Positions 53,879 through 63,175 are shown, counted from the first letter of the stretch. The stretch: DNA of 64,000 nt from Candidatus Latescibacterota bacterium (GCA_963791045.1 CAWBQK010000017.1:1-64000); one strand, 5' to 3'. Program-made: numbers and translations. Notes: generated by a model not told the origin, from the sequence alone.

Positions 53879-53908
53879 ATTCTATGGGATAAACCGTTTC
53901 ACTGTCAA
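53879..53908 (-). promoter_or_regulatory. Sigma70-like promoter of the corrinoid methyltransferase operon
   Basis: TTGACA-N18-TAGAAT on the minus strand. Confidence 0.6.
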
Positions 53909-54007
53909 GGTGCCCGCGTTTCGGGGGAGCGTCAATTCGGGCGGACAAACACCAAAAAACCGCGATATAAGAAAAGCCCGATTGTGGCTTACGGACGGGC
54001 AAAATCG

Positions 54008-54036
54008 TTGATTCGATTCAGGTTGTGTGATATAAT
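54008..54036 (+). promoter_or_regulatory. Sigma70-like promoter (extended -10) of the 54207 gene
   Basis: TTGATT-N17-TATAAT with TG upstream of -10. Confidence 0.6.
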
Positions 54037-54206
54037 GCCAGGCGCAAGCGATGGGGGCTTACGAACCGGGCTTTTTGGTGCGGCCTGGAAATATTGGATT
54101 CACCAAAATTGATAAGCCTGTTTGTAGGCGGTGACGCGGTTCTGGCGGCACACGTAGCGTGTGCTAGCATGGGGCGAAACTCTGACGATAACAGCAGGAG
54201 GTTGTC

Positions 54207-54950
54207 ATGCGCCGTTTGTTACTTGGTTTTCTTTTTGTAGGTGTCGTATCGATGCTTGCGTTCGCGCCGGCTCTTGCAGAGAGGGTCGTGGATCCGCAGC
54301 CTATCGATCGGGCTACGGTGACGGAAATTAACTTAGGGCCCGCCGGATATTCAGAGGCCTGCCAGGTTGGAAACTTGAATTCGCCCGCTTTCGCGTTAGG
54401 GGACTTCGCCGCCGCGCCTGAGGAATACAAGTTGGTTTTCGATCCGAAGGCAACGTGTTCAGTGTGTCCAATTGGTTTTCTTGTGAACACCGTGCATTTT
54501 CTCGTCCAGACATCCGAAGCGATGGATATGGTGTGCGCGGTGAACGTGGAAGAGGCCATTTTCCCGACGAGCCCGGATTGTCCCGAACCGGGCCAGGTTC
54601 TTTGCCAGTCGGGGTTCTTCACTGTGAACCTCCCAGGCGCGGGTCTGTGGGACATAGCGCTCCCGATCGCCTGCGAGTGCTACACGATGGAGAGAATCTA
54701 TCTCTTGAGCGTTCATTTTGACTCGTTCACGAGTGCGACCGGAGCCGTTCCCGATCTGATTACGGATGCGGGTCCGGCAACGCTTTGTACGAACTGGAAC
54801 AACTATGGTGCGGGTTGGTACGATCTCGTTTCGGCCTTCCCGACCTGGCCGGGTCAGCTGATATTTTTTGCCGATGCCGAATGCTGTACACCACCAGTAC
54901 CGGTTGAGGGCAAAACGTGGGGCGCCATAAAGGACCTCTACGATAATTAA
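54207..54950 (+). CDS. Secreted Cys-rich hypothetical protein ending in PVPVEGKTWGAIKDLY
   Basis: AGGAGG RBS; signal peptide ending ALA; about 11 Cys; TWGxIK tail. Confidence 0.8.
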   Translation: MRRLLLGFLFVGVVSMLAFAPALAERVVDPQPIDRATVTEINLGPAGYSEACQVGNLNSPAFALGDFAAAPEEYKLVFDPKATCSVCPIGFLVNTVHFLVQTSEAMDMVCAVNVEEAIFPTSPDCPEPGQVLCQSGFFTVNLPGAGLWDIALPIACECYTMERIYLLSVHFDSFTSATGAVPDLITDAGPATLCTNWNNYGAGWYDLVSAFPTWPGQLIFFADAECCTPPVPVEGKTWGAIKDLYDN

Positions 54951-55022
54951 CGGATCACCTCGCAGCATTCCTGTGTGGCGAGGCGTGAATATTTGCGCCG
55001 GACCGACACGGGAAAAGTGAGT

Positions 55023-55058
55023 AAACGGGACCTTCGATTTTCGAAGGTCCCGTTTTTT
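55023..55058 (+). terminator. Intrinsic terminator
   Basis: AAACGGGACCTTCGA-TTT-TCGAAGGTCCCGTTT followed by TTT. Confidence 0.85.
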
Positions 55059-55198
55059 GTGGTGTGATGGGAGTGATGTCCGGACCACCGATTTCCGGAA
55101 TGCGGGGCCGAGCAGGCCATCGCTTCTGTTCGACGATTCGTCCGATATATGTTATATTTTCCCAGGTACAAGATCGACCCCGCAGCGGAAATCTATTT

Positions 55199-57958
55199 AT
55201 GGCGCCATTGAACAACCCTATATCCGACATCCCCAAATACACACACCTCAAGGTCCACTCGTCATTCAGTCTCGGTGTGGGTCTGAACACGCCCGCTGAG
55301 ATCTGCGCACACGCTCATAGAATGGGTTATGAGAGCGTTGCAATTACCGACAATGATGGCACTTATGGGTTTGTTGAGATGCACCTTGCGGCGAAGAAAT
55401 ACGGGATAAAGCCGATCTACGGAGTCGTCGTCCGTCACCATCCCGTGGCGAACAGCGGTGAAGACCAGTTCGCTTTGACGTTGATTGCGCTTTCTCCCCT
55501 CGGGCTAAAGCACATCGCCGCGCTGGCCAGTTTTTCCGCCGCGGGCCTGGAGGGTGGGGGCGCGCTCGATCTCGACGTGATGGCGCCCCACACGGATGAT
55601 GTCGTCGCTTTTGCCGGGGGGGCGGACAGTGAGATCGGACGGATGCTTTTGGAGGGGGACGAGGAGAGTGCCGGACGTGTGGCCGGCGCGTTCAAGGAAC
55701 TCTTTGCCGACCGCTTCTTTATTGAAATCCACGATCACGGCATAAGCGACGAACGAGCGCTGGCCGACAAGCTTCTCTCGATTTCCGCCGCCACGCAATC
55801 GGCGCCGCTGCTTACGCAGGAAGTCCGGTACATGGAAAAGGGAATGCGCGAAATGTACGGGACGCTTCGTGGAATCCGGCAGCCGGACGGCGAGAGGGAT
55901 TTCTTCAAGATCGACAGACGGCTTGCGGATTGGAGCATGAAGTCCGCGTTGGAGGTCAGTCAGCTTCATCCGTTTTATGAAGCGGCATACGAGAACACGC
56001 GTCTTGTTGATGAAATGATCCCCGGTGACCTTCTGGCCGGCGCGACCGAAGCGGGGAAGGCCGGGGCGCTACTCGATTCCGGAGAGGTTACGCGTGATGA
56101 TGTTCGTGATTTGTGCACCAAAGTAATCCGAAGACAGTATGAGAACTTGTCCAACACCGAGATTCTTCGTTATCAGGGCCTCCTGGACGGTGAGCTCGAC
56201 CGGGCGTTTTCAGCAGGGATCGGACCCACGCTGTATCTGTATCACCGCATCGTGGGAAGCTTGAGAGAAGCCAACGTCGAGCTTGGCCCCGCGACGGGCC
56301 TCGGTATACAGTCGTTGTGCGCGTATCTCCTCGGAATCACGCTATTCGACCCCTACCGTTACGACCAGGGCTTCGAACCGATACTCGACGCGGAGTCGAG
56401 AGAGTTCGGGGAATTCGAACTCCAGCTGACCGGCGAAACCCGCGACACCGCAATAAACACTCTTTTCGAACTCTTCGATTTTGGCTCTGTGGCCTACCTT
56501 CCCGCGATTGAGCGCGTGACACCCGCACGTGCGGTTCGGATGGTATCGAGTGTTGTCGAAGCGCCCGAGGGAGAACTTCAAGAAATCCTTCGGATCATCG
56601 GTCGTCATCCGGGCGTTTCACTAAAGAAACTCAATGAGCAGGACTGGCAGCTGGGACGGTTGTACAAACGCTCGCTGCCGGTGAGGGATCTTCTGTCGAG
56701 GGCGGCGCTTCTCGAGAACCTGCCGATTGGTTTTATCCGGTCGAGGCGGAGTATGGCTCTGTCCGCGCTGCCGCTCACCGATTTTCTCGGGCATTCGATT
56801 GACTCGGATACCGGGGACTTGTTTATCCAGGCGGGACGGGATTGCTTTCCATTCGAGAGTGTGTTCCGTCTGGACGTTTCAACGCTCAGCGCGCTTAGCG
56901 TCGCGACGGGTGCCGACGTCGAACTGCGCAAGGCGCGGATTGCCGACTACGGGTGGGATGGTTTTTCCATCAATGACGACGACGTGTGGCGCATGGTGCA
57001 GCGAGGAGATACCACCGGGGTGTTTCTTTTTGAAGGACCCGCGACGCTTCAGCAAAGGGAAAATTTCCCGCTGGGGTCGATGGCCGATCTCACGAGTTTT
57101 CTTGCGTTGATGCGGATCCGCGAGGACGACCAGTCATTGAGCGAGCGTTTCGCGGCGTTTCTCGAGGAGCCCAGTGAGCAGAGCGAAGACGACGCTCTGT
57201 TGGGACATGTTCTTCGGAGCACGCGCGGTCACGTTCTCTTCCACGAACAGATACGTGAAATCATCGAAACGCTCACTTGCGAGAGCGGACCCGACGCATG
57301 GAGAATGATGGATGAAATGCGTTCCTCGTCGCCCGCCGATTTGTCGTCGGCGAGGAAGCATTTCATGATGGGGACGGCGGAAAAGAATGTGCCCCTGGAC
57401 ACGGCGAACAAATGGTTCGAGCGGCTTTTGCATTTCGTCAACTTCACCATCAGCAGAAAACGCGTGTTCGCGGACGCGCTTCTCGTTTACAAACTGTTCT
57501 TCCAAAAAACAAAACACGAGATCGAATTCTTTGCGGCGCTTCTCAATGCAAATCTTGCCAATGAAAGCAAGCGACGTCGCTACATGGGACCCCTGCGCGA
57601 ACGGGATCTGATTCGGGAACTTGACGTGAACATAAGCGAGCCTGAATACGCCGTTGAAGACGGGCGGATTCGTGTCGGGCTGCGATCGGTAACGGGTGTG
57701 GACCGGGACATGGCCGTGAGGATTGTCAGAGCGCGCGGTCGGGGGGCGTTTCAATCTCTCGAAGATTTTATAAAGAAAGTCGGAGCGAAGCACATCGGCA
57801 GGGATGAGGTTCGCCGGATTGTCGACGCCGGCGGGTTTGATTCAGCCGGCGTGGATCGCGCGCATCTCCTCAAGGTTTTGCCGAGGCTGTATGAAAGCAG
57901 GAAACCGGTTGTTGAGGCGAGGAAGAAGGGACAGATGGAGCTTCCTTTCGACGCTTAG
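55199..57958 (+). CDS. DnaE (Pol III alpha)-like protein with PHP, palm, fingers and HhH regions, degenerate active site and C-terminal clamp-binding-like motif
   Basis: HLKVHSSFSL, AITD, GIKPIYG, SLCAYLLGITLFDP, GDTTGVF, EFFAALLN, DVN.S, IRVGLRSVTGV, GGFDS are collinear with DnaE. The PDxDxDF motif reads GEFELQL; the protein ends QMELPFDA. Confidence 0.88.
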   Translation: MAPLNNPISDIPKYTHLKVHSSFSLGVGLNTPAEICAHAHRMGYESVAITDNDGTYGFVEMHLAAKKYGIKPIYGVVVRHHPVANSGEDQFALTLIALSPLGLKHIAALASFSAAGLEGGGALDLDVMAPHTDDVVAFAGGADSEIGRMLLEGDEESAGRVAGAFKELFADRFFIEIHDHGISDERALADKLLSISAATQSAPLLTQEVRYMEKGMREMYGTLRGIRQPDGERDFFKIDRRLADWSMKSALEVSQLHPFYEAAYENTRLVDEMIPGDLLAGATEAGKAGALLDSGEVTRDDVRDLCTKVIRRQYENLSNTEILRYQGLLDGELDRAFSAGIGPTLYLYHRIVGSLREANVELGPATGLGIQSLCAYLLGITLFDPYRYDQGFEPILDAESREFGEFELQLTGETRDTAINTLFELFDFGSVAYLPAIERVTPARAVRMVSSVVEAPEGELQEILRIIGRHPGVSLKKLNEQDWQLGRLYKRSLPVRDLLSRAALLENLPIGFIRSRRSMALSALPLTDFLGHSIDSDTGDLFIQAGRDCFPFESVFRLDVSTLSALSVATGADVELRKARIADYGWDGFSINDDDVWRMVQRGDTTGVFLFEGPATLQQRENFPLGSMADLTSFLALMRIREDDQSLSERFAAFLEEPSEQSEDDALLGHVLRSTRGHVLFHEQIREIIETLTCESGPDAWRMMDEMRSSSPADLSSARKHFMMGTAEKNVPLDTANKWFERLLHFVNFTISRKRVFADALLVYKLFFQKTKHEIEFFAALLNANLANESKRRRYMGPLRERDLIRELDVNISEPEYAVEDGRIRVGLRSVTGVDRDMAVRIVRARGRGAFQSLEDFIKKVGAKHIGRDEVRRIVDAGGFDSAGVDRAHLLKVLPRLYESRKPVVEARKKGQMELPFDA

Positions 57959-58114
57959 AGCCTGTCGCCGGGATGTTGACCGGGAGGGGTGTTTTTTGGG
58001 AATCGGCGGGGTTAAAGTCTGACTCCTTGCTGACGCGGAAAATATTTGACTTTTCCGATCTAAGGTGTTATTTGTATGTAACTTCACAAAAATAGCTTAC
58101 TTAGATCTCTGAGC

Positions 58115-58192
58115 GTCCCCATCGTCTAGCCTGGCCTAGGACACCGCCCTTTCACGGCGGCGACAGGGGTTCAAATCCCCTTGGGGACGCCA
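58115..58192 (+). tRNA. tRNA-Glu (anticodon TTC)
   Basis: Acceptor GTCCCCA/TGGGGAC + GCCA; anticodon arm CCGCC-CTTTCAC-GGCGG; GGTTCAAAT. Confidence 0.96.
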
Positions 58193-58306
58193 CCGTCTTC
58201 TCCAGACGTTCTTCGTCTGATTCAAACCGACTTCGGCTTTGCCAACAGGGCCTTCGCACCTACGTTTCCAGGTTCGAGCACATTCACCCTCTCAGGAGGA
58301 CTCGCC

Positions 58307-59388
58307 ATGTCGATTCTCTACTCACAAACCAGTCTCGGCCCTCTGACGCTACAAAACCATCTGGTCATGGCGACCGATGACGCGCAGCCGCGCAACCGAC
58401 AATATTCCCAACGAGCTCATGATGGAGTACTACGCGCAACGCGGCTCGGCGGGACTGATTATTGCCGAGGGTACGTCGCCCTCACCGAATGGGTTGGGTT
58501 ACCCGCGCATACCGGGAATATTCTCCCCGCCCCAGGTCGAAGGCTGGAAACGTATTACCGATGCAGTGCACGCCAAGGGCGCGAAGATGTTCATCCAGCT
58601 CATGCATTGCGGACGGATTGCTCATCCACTGAACTTGCCCGCGGGGAATCGTGTGCTGGCGCCTTCGGCCGTGGTGGCCTCGGGCGAGATGTTCACAGAT
58701 GAGGAGGGCTATGAAGCCTCATCCGGTGCCGCAGGCGATGACCGCGGAGGACATTACGGCCACGATCGCGGAGTATGCTCAGGCCGCCAAGAATGCCGTG
58801 ACAGCGGGGTTTGACGGCGTCGAGTTGCACAGCGCCAACGGCTATCTGCTGGAACAGTTCATCCGCCCGAATACGAATCAGCGCACTGATGGATATGGCG
58901 GTCCGATCGAGAACCGCGCACGTTTCGTGCTGGAAGTGGTTGAGGCGGTAATTGGTGCTATTGGCAAGGACAAGGTGGGCATCCGGCTTTCGCCATTCGG
59001 CGTGTTCAACGATATGCCGTCGTACGACGCGATGGAGACGGATTATACCTACCTGGCGCAACAACTCGACGCCAGCGGGCTGGTGTATATCCACCTGGTG
59101 GATCACTCGTCAATGGGAGCGCCGCCGGTGCCCGATGCCATAAAGGAAATGTTCCGCACGGAATTCAAGCGCACGTTGATTCTCTCCGGCGGTTACGATG
59201 CCGAGCGCGCTGAAAGCGATCTGGCCACTGGCAAATGCGATCTAATCGCCGTGGGGCGGCCGTTTCTTGCTAATCCCGACCTGGTGGATCGATGGAAAAC
59301 CGGTGCGGCTGTGAACGAGCCGGATATGGATACGTTCTACACGCCGGGACCGAAGGGCTATACCGACTACCCGGCGTTGAAGAAATAG
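58307..59388 (+). CDS. Old Yellow Enzyme-family alkene reductase (NemA-like); two frameshifts
   Basis: AGGAGG RBS; LVMA|PMTRSRA (extra base near 58372); YYAQR; QLMHCGR; second shift near 58711; GFDGVELHSANGYL, ENRARF, GRPFLANPDL, KGYTDYP. Confidence 0.88.
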
Positions 59389-59536
59389 GGCTCGACAATG
59401 AAGGCAGCCAAATGAACAAAATGGAAGACCAATGTGCTGCCCACAAATCGGGTCTTCATGAGTTGAATGAGGACCTGAATGAGGGACCGTTCTAAGGGGA
59501 CGGGATCGAAATTGTATGCTTCCGGCGGGTGCTAGG

Positions 59537-59812
59537 TTATTTTGGTTTATTTTCCGACCGGATGCGATCGAGAGCGGCTTCGATGGGTTGCGGGTCTATA
59601 TGTCGCATGAGTGCGCCGATGTACCGAACCTGCCTTCGCCGGGCGCCATGCTTGCGTATTTTGCGTGCGAATTCAATGGCTGTCAGAAGTTCATCCGGAA
59701 GCTCCATGCTCTCAAGTTGGCTGGACGACAGGGCGACCAGTTGTTCGGCCAGGCGTTGCAGGGCTCGGTCTTCATTTTATTTTCGGGTTCTGCTTTTATA
59801 ATCCTTATCCAT
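59537..59812 (-). pseudogene. darP: DarP/YjgA (DUF615)-like ribosome-associated protein, N-terminal half only, with in-frame TAA at codon 12
   Basis: Not in ORF track. Hand translation: MDKDYKSRTRK*NEDRALQRLAEQLVALSSSQLESMELPDELLTAIEFARKIRKHGARRRQVRYIGALMRHIDPQPIEAALDRIRSENKPK*. RRRQxxYIGxLMR is the YjgA signature; AAGGAGG lies upstream. Confidence 0.75.
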
Positions 59813-60070
59813 TTTGCAGGCATCCTCCTTTCGGTGTACTCAATATCACCACCCGTTTATATTGTTCTCAAGCGACGCACTGGCGTTCTTTCTGCCGAAG
59901 CACGGACTTTCCCGCAATTCAATTGATTTTCCATCCAATCTCTTGCATCATCTATCCCTGTGTGGCAGGGCAGGTTTCATTCAGGCACGTAACAGCTAAT
60001 ATTGCAGAAGATATGAAATGATCAAGCGATATCTCAAGTGTTCTTGCCGAACCAAATTGAAAAGGAATCA

Positions 60071-61217
60071 GTGACAAACATATCAATATCAGAAGGATTG
60101 CCGCTATTTTGCTAAGGTAGCCGACGGCTTAGAAGAAGCCGGCGTGGGGGAACTAGCTGAACTCGGCGCAGAAGATGTCAGACCGGAATTCAGCGGAATT
60201 AGTTTCAAGGCGGACAAATCAACCCTGTATCGAATTAATTATCTGACCAGGTTTCTTTCACGGTGCCTTGCCCCCTTAATATCCTTCGCTTGCCATGATA
60301 CCGATACGCTGTATCAGAAGGCTAAACAGATCGAGTGGGAAGATTTTTTTGCGGAAGGCAATACCTTTGCTGTATCGGGGGATGTCTCCAACAGTGCGAT
60401 CTCGCATTCGAAGTTCGCGTCCCTGCGCCTTAAAGATGCGGTTGCCGACTATTTCAAGGAAAAAACCGGTCAGCGTCCGAATGTGTCGGTAAAAAGTCCG
60501 GATATCTTGCTGAACCTTTATATAAGGAACGATAAGGCAGTAATAAGCCTCGACACTTCCGGCGGCGCGCTTCACCGGAGAGGATACAGAGAGGAGACAG
60601 TTCCGGCACCGATGCAGGAAACCGTTGCTGCCGCGATTATCCGATACAGCGAATGGGACGGTTCTGTTCCTTTATATGATCCTTTGTGCGGTTCGGGAAC
60701 CCTTTTGTGTGAAGCGCTCATGCGGTATAGCAATATTCCTGCGGGTGTTTTCAGGAAACAATTCGGTTTTGAATTTCTGCCCGATTTTGGTGGCGCTGTC
60801 TGGAAGCAGGTAAAAAAAGAGGCCGACGGACACATTCGGGAACTGCCGGCAGGCTTGATTGCGGGCAGTGATGTGTCCGCGAAGGCTGTCAGTGCGGCGC
60901 GAACAAACTTGATGAGGCTTCATTACGGAAATAACGTAAGCGTAGGAAAGGCGGACTTCAGAAAGCTTCCCGCCCTTGAAGAGCATGTAATTGTAACCAA
61001 TCCGCCTTACGGTATTCGGTTGGGGAGAGACGAGAACCTTGAAATGTTTTATAAATATCTTGGCGATTTTCTGAAACAGAAATGCAAAGGCTCGGCCGCT
61101 TTTGTTTATTTCGGAGAACGGGAGTATATCAAAAAAATAGGGCTGAAAACATCATGGAAAAAACCGATCAAGGCCGGCGGGCTTGACGGCAGGCTGGTCA
61201 AATACGAGATGTACTGA
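60071..61217 (+). CDS. THUMP-domain RNA methyltransferase (RlmL-like); 5' end apparently frameshifted
   Basis: SLDTSGGALHRRGYR, APMQETVAAA, DPLCGSGT, TNPPYG. The in-frame N-terminal extension YQYQKDCRYFAKVADGLEE (from 60081) has no start codon; GTG 60071 after AAAGGA is one base out of frame. Confidence 0.85.
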
Positions 61218-61394
61218 GAACACTAAGGGGGACTGCACCTGGTATTTGAAAAACCGGGTCCAAGGATACAATCTAGACGGATATTGATAAGATTCCGAGC
61301 AAATGGCATAACAAAATGATTGAGCAGAAGCCCAAATCGGGCATTCTGCGGGCGATTGTCTGTCAGATCAAGCTGCGATCCGTTTTCCCTCCGC

Positions 61395-61679
61395 GAAGCA
61401 AGAATGTGTTGGCGTTCTGGCTCTACAGCTGGTTGACGTTCGGCAAACCGCCCTATTTGAATTTGCCGTCAAATGGTTGGGATACCTATGGTCGTGGTGG
61501 CCGCGGATATCTCGCTGGGCGGATCCGGACTCCGGGGAGTGTTTTCGGCTTGATCCCGGCGCCGGGATTAGTTTGCGTATCAAGTTCAACAAGAATACAG
61601 GCACGAAATTGAGTCTCGACTACGGTTGGGGCCGCGCAGATTCCCATTTTTTTTCCTCGGCATGACCGAGGTATTCTAG
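61395..61679 (+). pseudogene. C-terminal remnant of an Omp85/BamA-TamA-like outer-membrane protein
   Basis: VLAFWLYSWLTFGKPPYLNLPSNGWDTYGRGGRGYLAGRIR, then in other frames DPGAGISLRIKFNKNTGTKLSLDYGWG and FLGMTEVF* (beta-signal ending in Phe). No 5' part; internal frame breaks. Confidence 0.6.
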
Positions 61680-61749
61680 GAACGCGAAGAAATCCGAATG
61701 TAGCTTCGGATAAGCCCCTTAAGACAGAGATAAGCAAAAGGGAAATGAT

Positions 61750-62892
61750 ATGAATCCGTATGAGCTTTCTCTCGAAGCCATCGAGCAACTGGTCCATCGT
61801 CACGGAACGCCCATCTACATCGTAAGCAAAAGTAAACTCATTGAGAATTTCCAACGGCTGGACAGGGCGCTGCCCGGAGTGAGTCTCTTCTACGCGATGA
61901 AGGCGAATCCACACGAGGAAATCCTTAAGATCCTCACCGGAATCGGGGCGGGTTTTGATGTGGCGTCGAAGGGTGAAATCCTCGCGGCGATCAAGGCCGG
62001 CGCCAACGCCAGAGATGACTTGATCTTTGCCGATACGGTGAAGGATCCCAAGCAGATTGCTTTCGCGTTCAGTATCGGACTGGATGATTTCACGTATGAC
62101 AACATGTCGGAAATCCATCAGATCGCGAAGCATGCGCCGGGATCGAACGTCCACCTCAGGATCGCTGTTTCCAATAAGGGAAGCGTGGCGCACCTCAGCA
62201 AAAAGTTTGGCGCCCAGGTCGAAGATGCCGTACCTCTTCTTCTCGCCGCTCGAGACCAGGGACTGAAGCCCCGGGGAATCAGTTTTCATGTGGGCAGTCA
62301 GTGCCTCGACGCGATGCGTTATGTGGAGGCGCTTGACTCGACCAGATACATTTTCGAGAAGGTCAAGAGGGAAGGACTGACGCTCGAAATGATCGACATC
62401 GGCGGAGGGTTTCCCGTCAAGTATATCGACGAGAACATAAACCTCGAAAAGATGTGCGGTACGATTGTCGATCACGGCGGGAAATTGTTCGGCGAGGAAG
62501 TCAAGTTTGTGGCGGAGCCGGGCCGGAGTATCGTTGGCGATGCCGTGATCCTCGTCACCAAGGTTATCTCCGAGTCGGTTCGCGAGGGAAGAAACTGGCT
62601 GTATTTTGACGACGGCACCTACGGGAGTTTTATGGAGGTGCTTCTGTACAAAATGAAATTCCCGATGAGAACCAACACGTCGGGCGATATGACGAAATAT
62701 GTGCTGGCGGGCCCCACTTGTGACTCAATCGACGTATTCTCAAGGGATGCGCAGGGCGAAGTCTGTGAGGTTGATCTGCCCGAGATGCACGTCGATGACC
62801 TGTTGATTGCGGGAAGCATGGGTGCCTACACATATTCGGAATCGACACGGTTCAATGGCTTCGACCCGCCGAAGTTTGTTTATATCGACTGA
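61750..62892 (+). CDS. Type III PLP-dependent (ornithine/lysine) decarboxylase
   Basis: FYAMKANP, FDVAS, KFG, SFHVGSQ, DIGGGF, EPGR, GPTCDSID, MGAYT. Confidence 0.9.
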   Translation: MNPYELSLEAIEQLVHRHGTPIYIVSKSKLIENFQRLDRALPGVSLFYAMKANPHEEILKILTGIGAGFDVASKGEILAAIKAGANARDDLIFADTVKDPKQIAFAFSIGLDDFTYDNMSEIHQIAKHAPGSNVHLRIAVSNKGSVAHLSKKFGAQVEDAVPLLLAARDQGLKPRGISFHVGSQCLDAMRYVEALDSTRYIFEKVKREGLTLEMIDIGGGFPVKYIDENINLEKMCGTIVDHGGKLFGEEVKFVAEPGRSIVGDAVILVTKVISESVREGRNWLYFDDGTYGSFMEVLLYKMKFPMRTNTSGDMTKYVLAGPTCDSIDVFSRDAQGEVCEVDLPEMHVDDLLIAGSMGAYTYSESTRFNGFDPPKFVYID

Positions 62893-62980
62893 GAGCCCTT
62901 TCCAGGGCCGATATTGACACGGGTTCCGCGATTGTTTATGGTTCGAGGGGTGAGTCCGAAATTCTTAAAAGGAGAGAACA

Positions 62981-63175
62981 ATGGCTATCTACAAATGTGA
63001 CAAATGCGGGATGAGCGTCGGAACAATGACATGTGGCGAGTGTGGCAAAGAACTCGTGCACGACACGCTCGACCTGGATTCGGGCGTCAAAGTAGACATC
63101 GCCAAATGTCCGGATGGACACGGCAAGGTCAAATCACCGCAGTGTTGTGGTGAGGACATGACCTGTTCTATTTAG
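62981..63175 (+). CDS. Small Cys-rich metal-binding (zinc-ribbon/desulforedoxin-like) protein
   Basis: AAGGAG RBS; CDKC, CGEC, CPDGH, CCG..M.C in 64 aa. Confidence 0.75.
   Translation: MAIYKCDKCGMSVGTMTCGECGKELVHDTLDLDSGVKVDIAKCPDGHGKVKSPQCCGEDMTCSI

Noticed and set aside
53814-54000. Cobalamin or SAM riboswitch upstream of the corrinoid operon
   Set aside because: The predicted leader is only about 60 nt and lacks B12-box or S-box consensus.
55060-57958. Calling the DnaE-like gene dnaE2/imuC of an SOS mutagenesis cassette
   Set aside because: There are no imuA/imuB neighbours and no recognisable LexA box; DnaE2 keeps the PDID catalytic motif that this protein lacks.
59516-60021. Plus-strand ORFs 59516-59926, 59529-59801 and 59611-60021
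   Set aside because: They show no motifs; the region is better explained by the minus-strand darP-like pseudogene.
58115-61750. Prophage or integrative element at tRNA-Glu
   Set aside because: No integrase, no phage genes and no direct repeat of the tRNA 3' end were found; reported only as a decaying islet.
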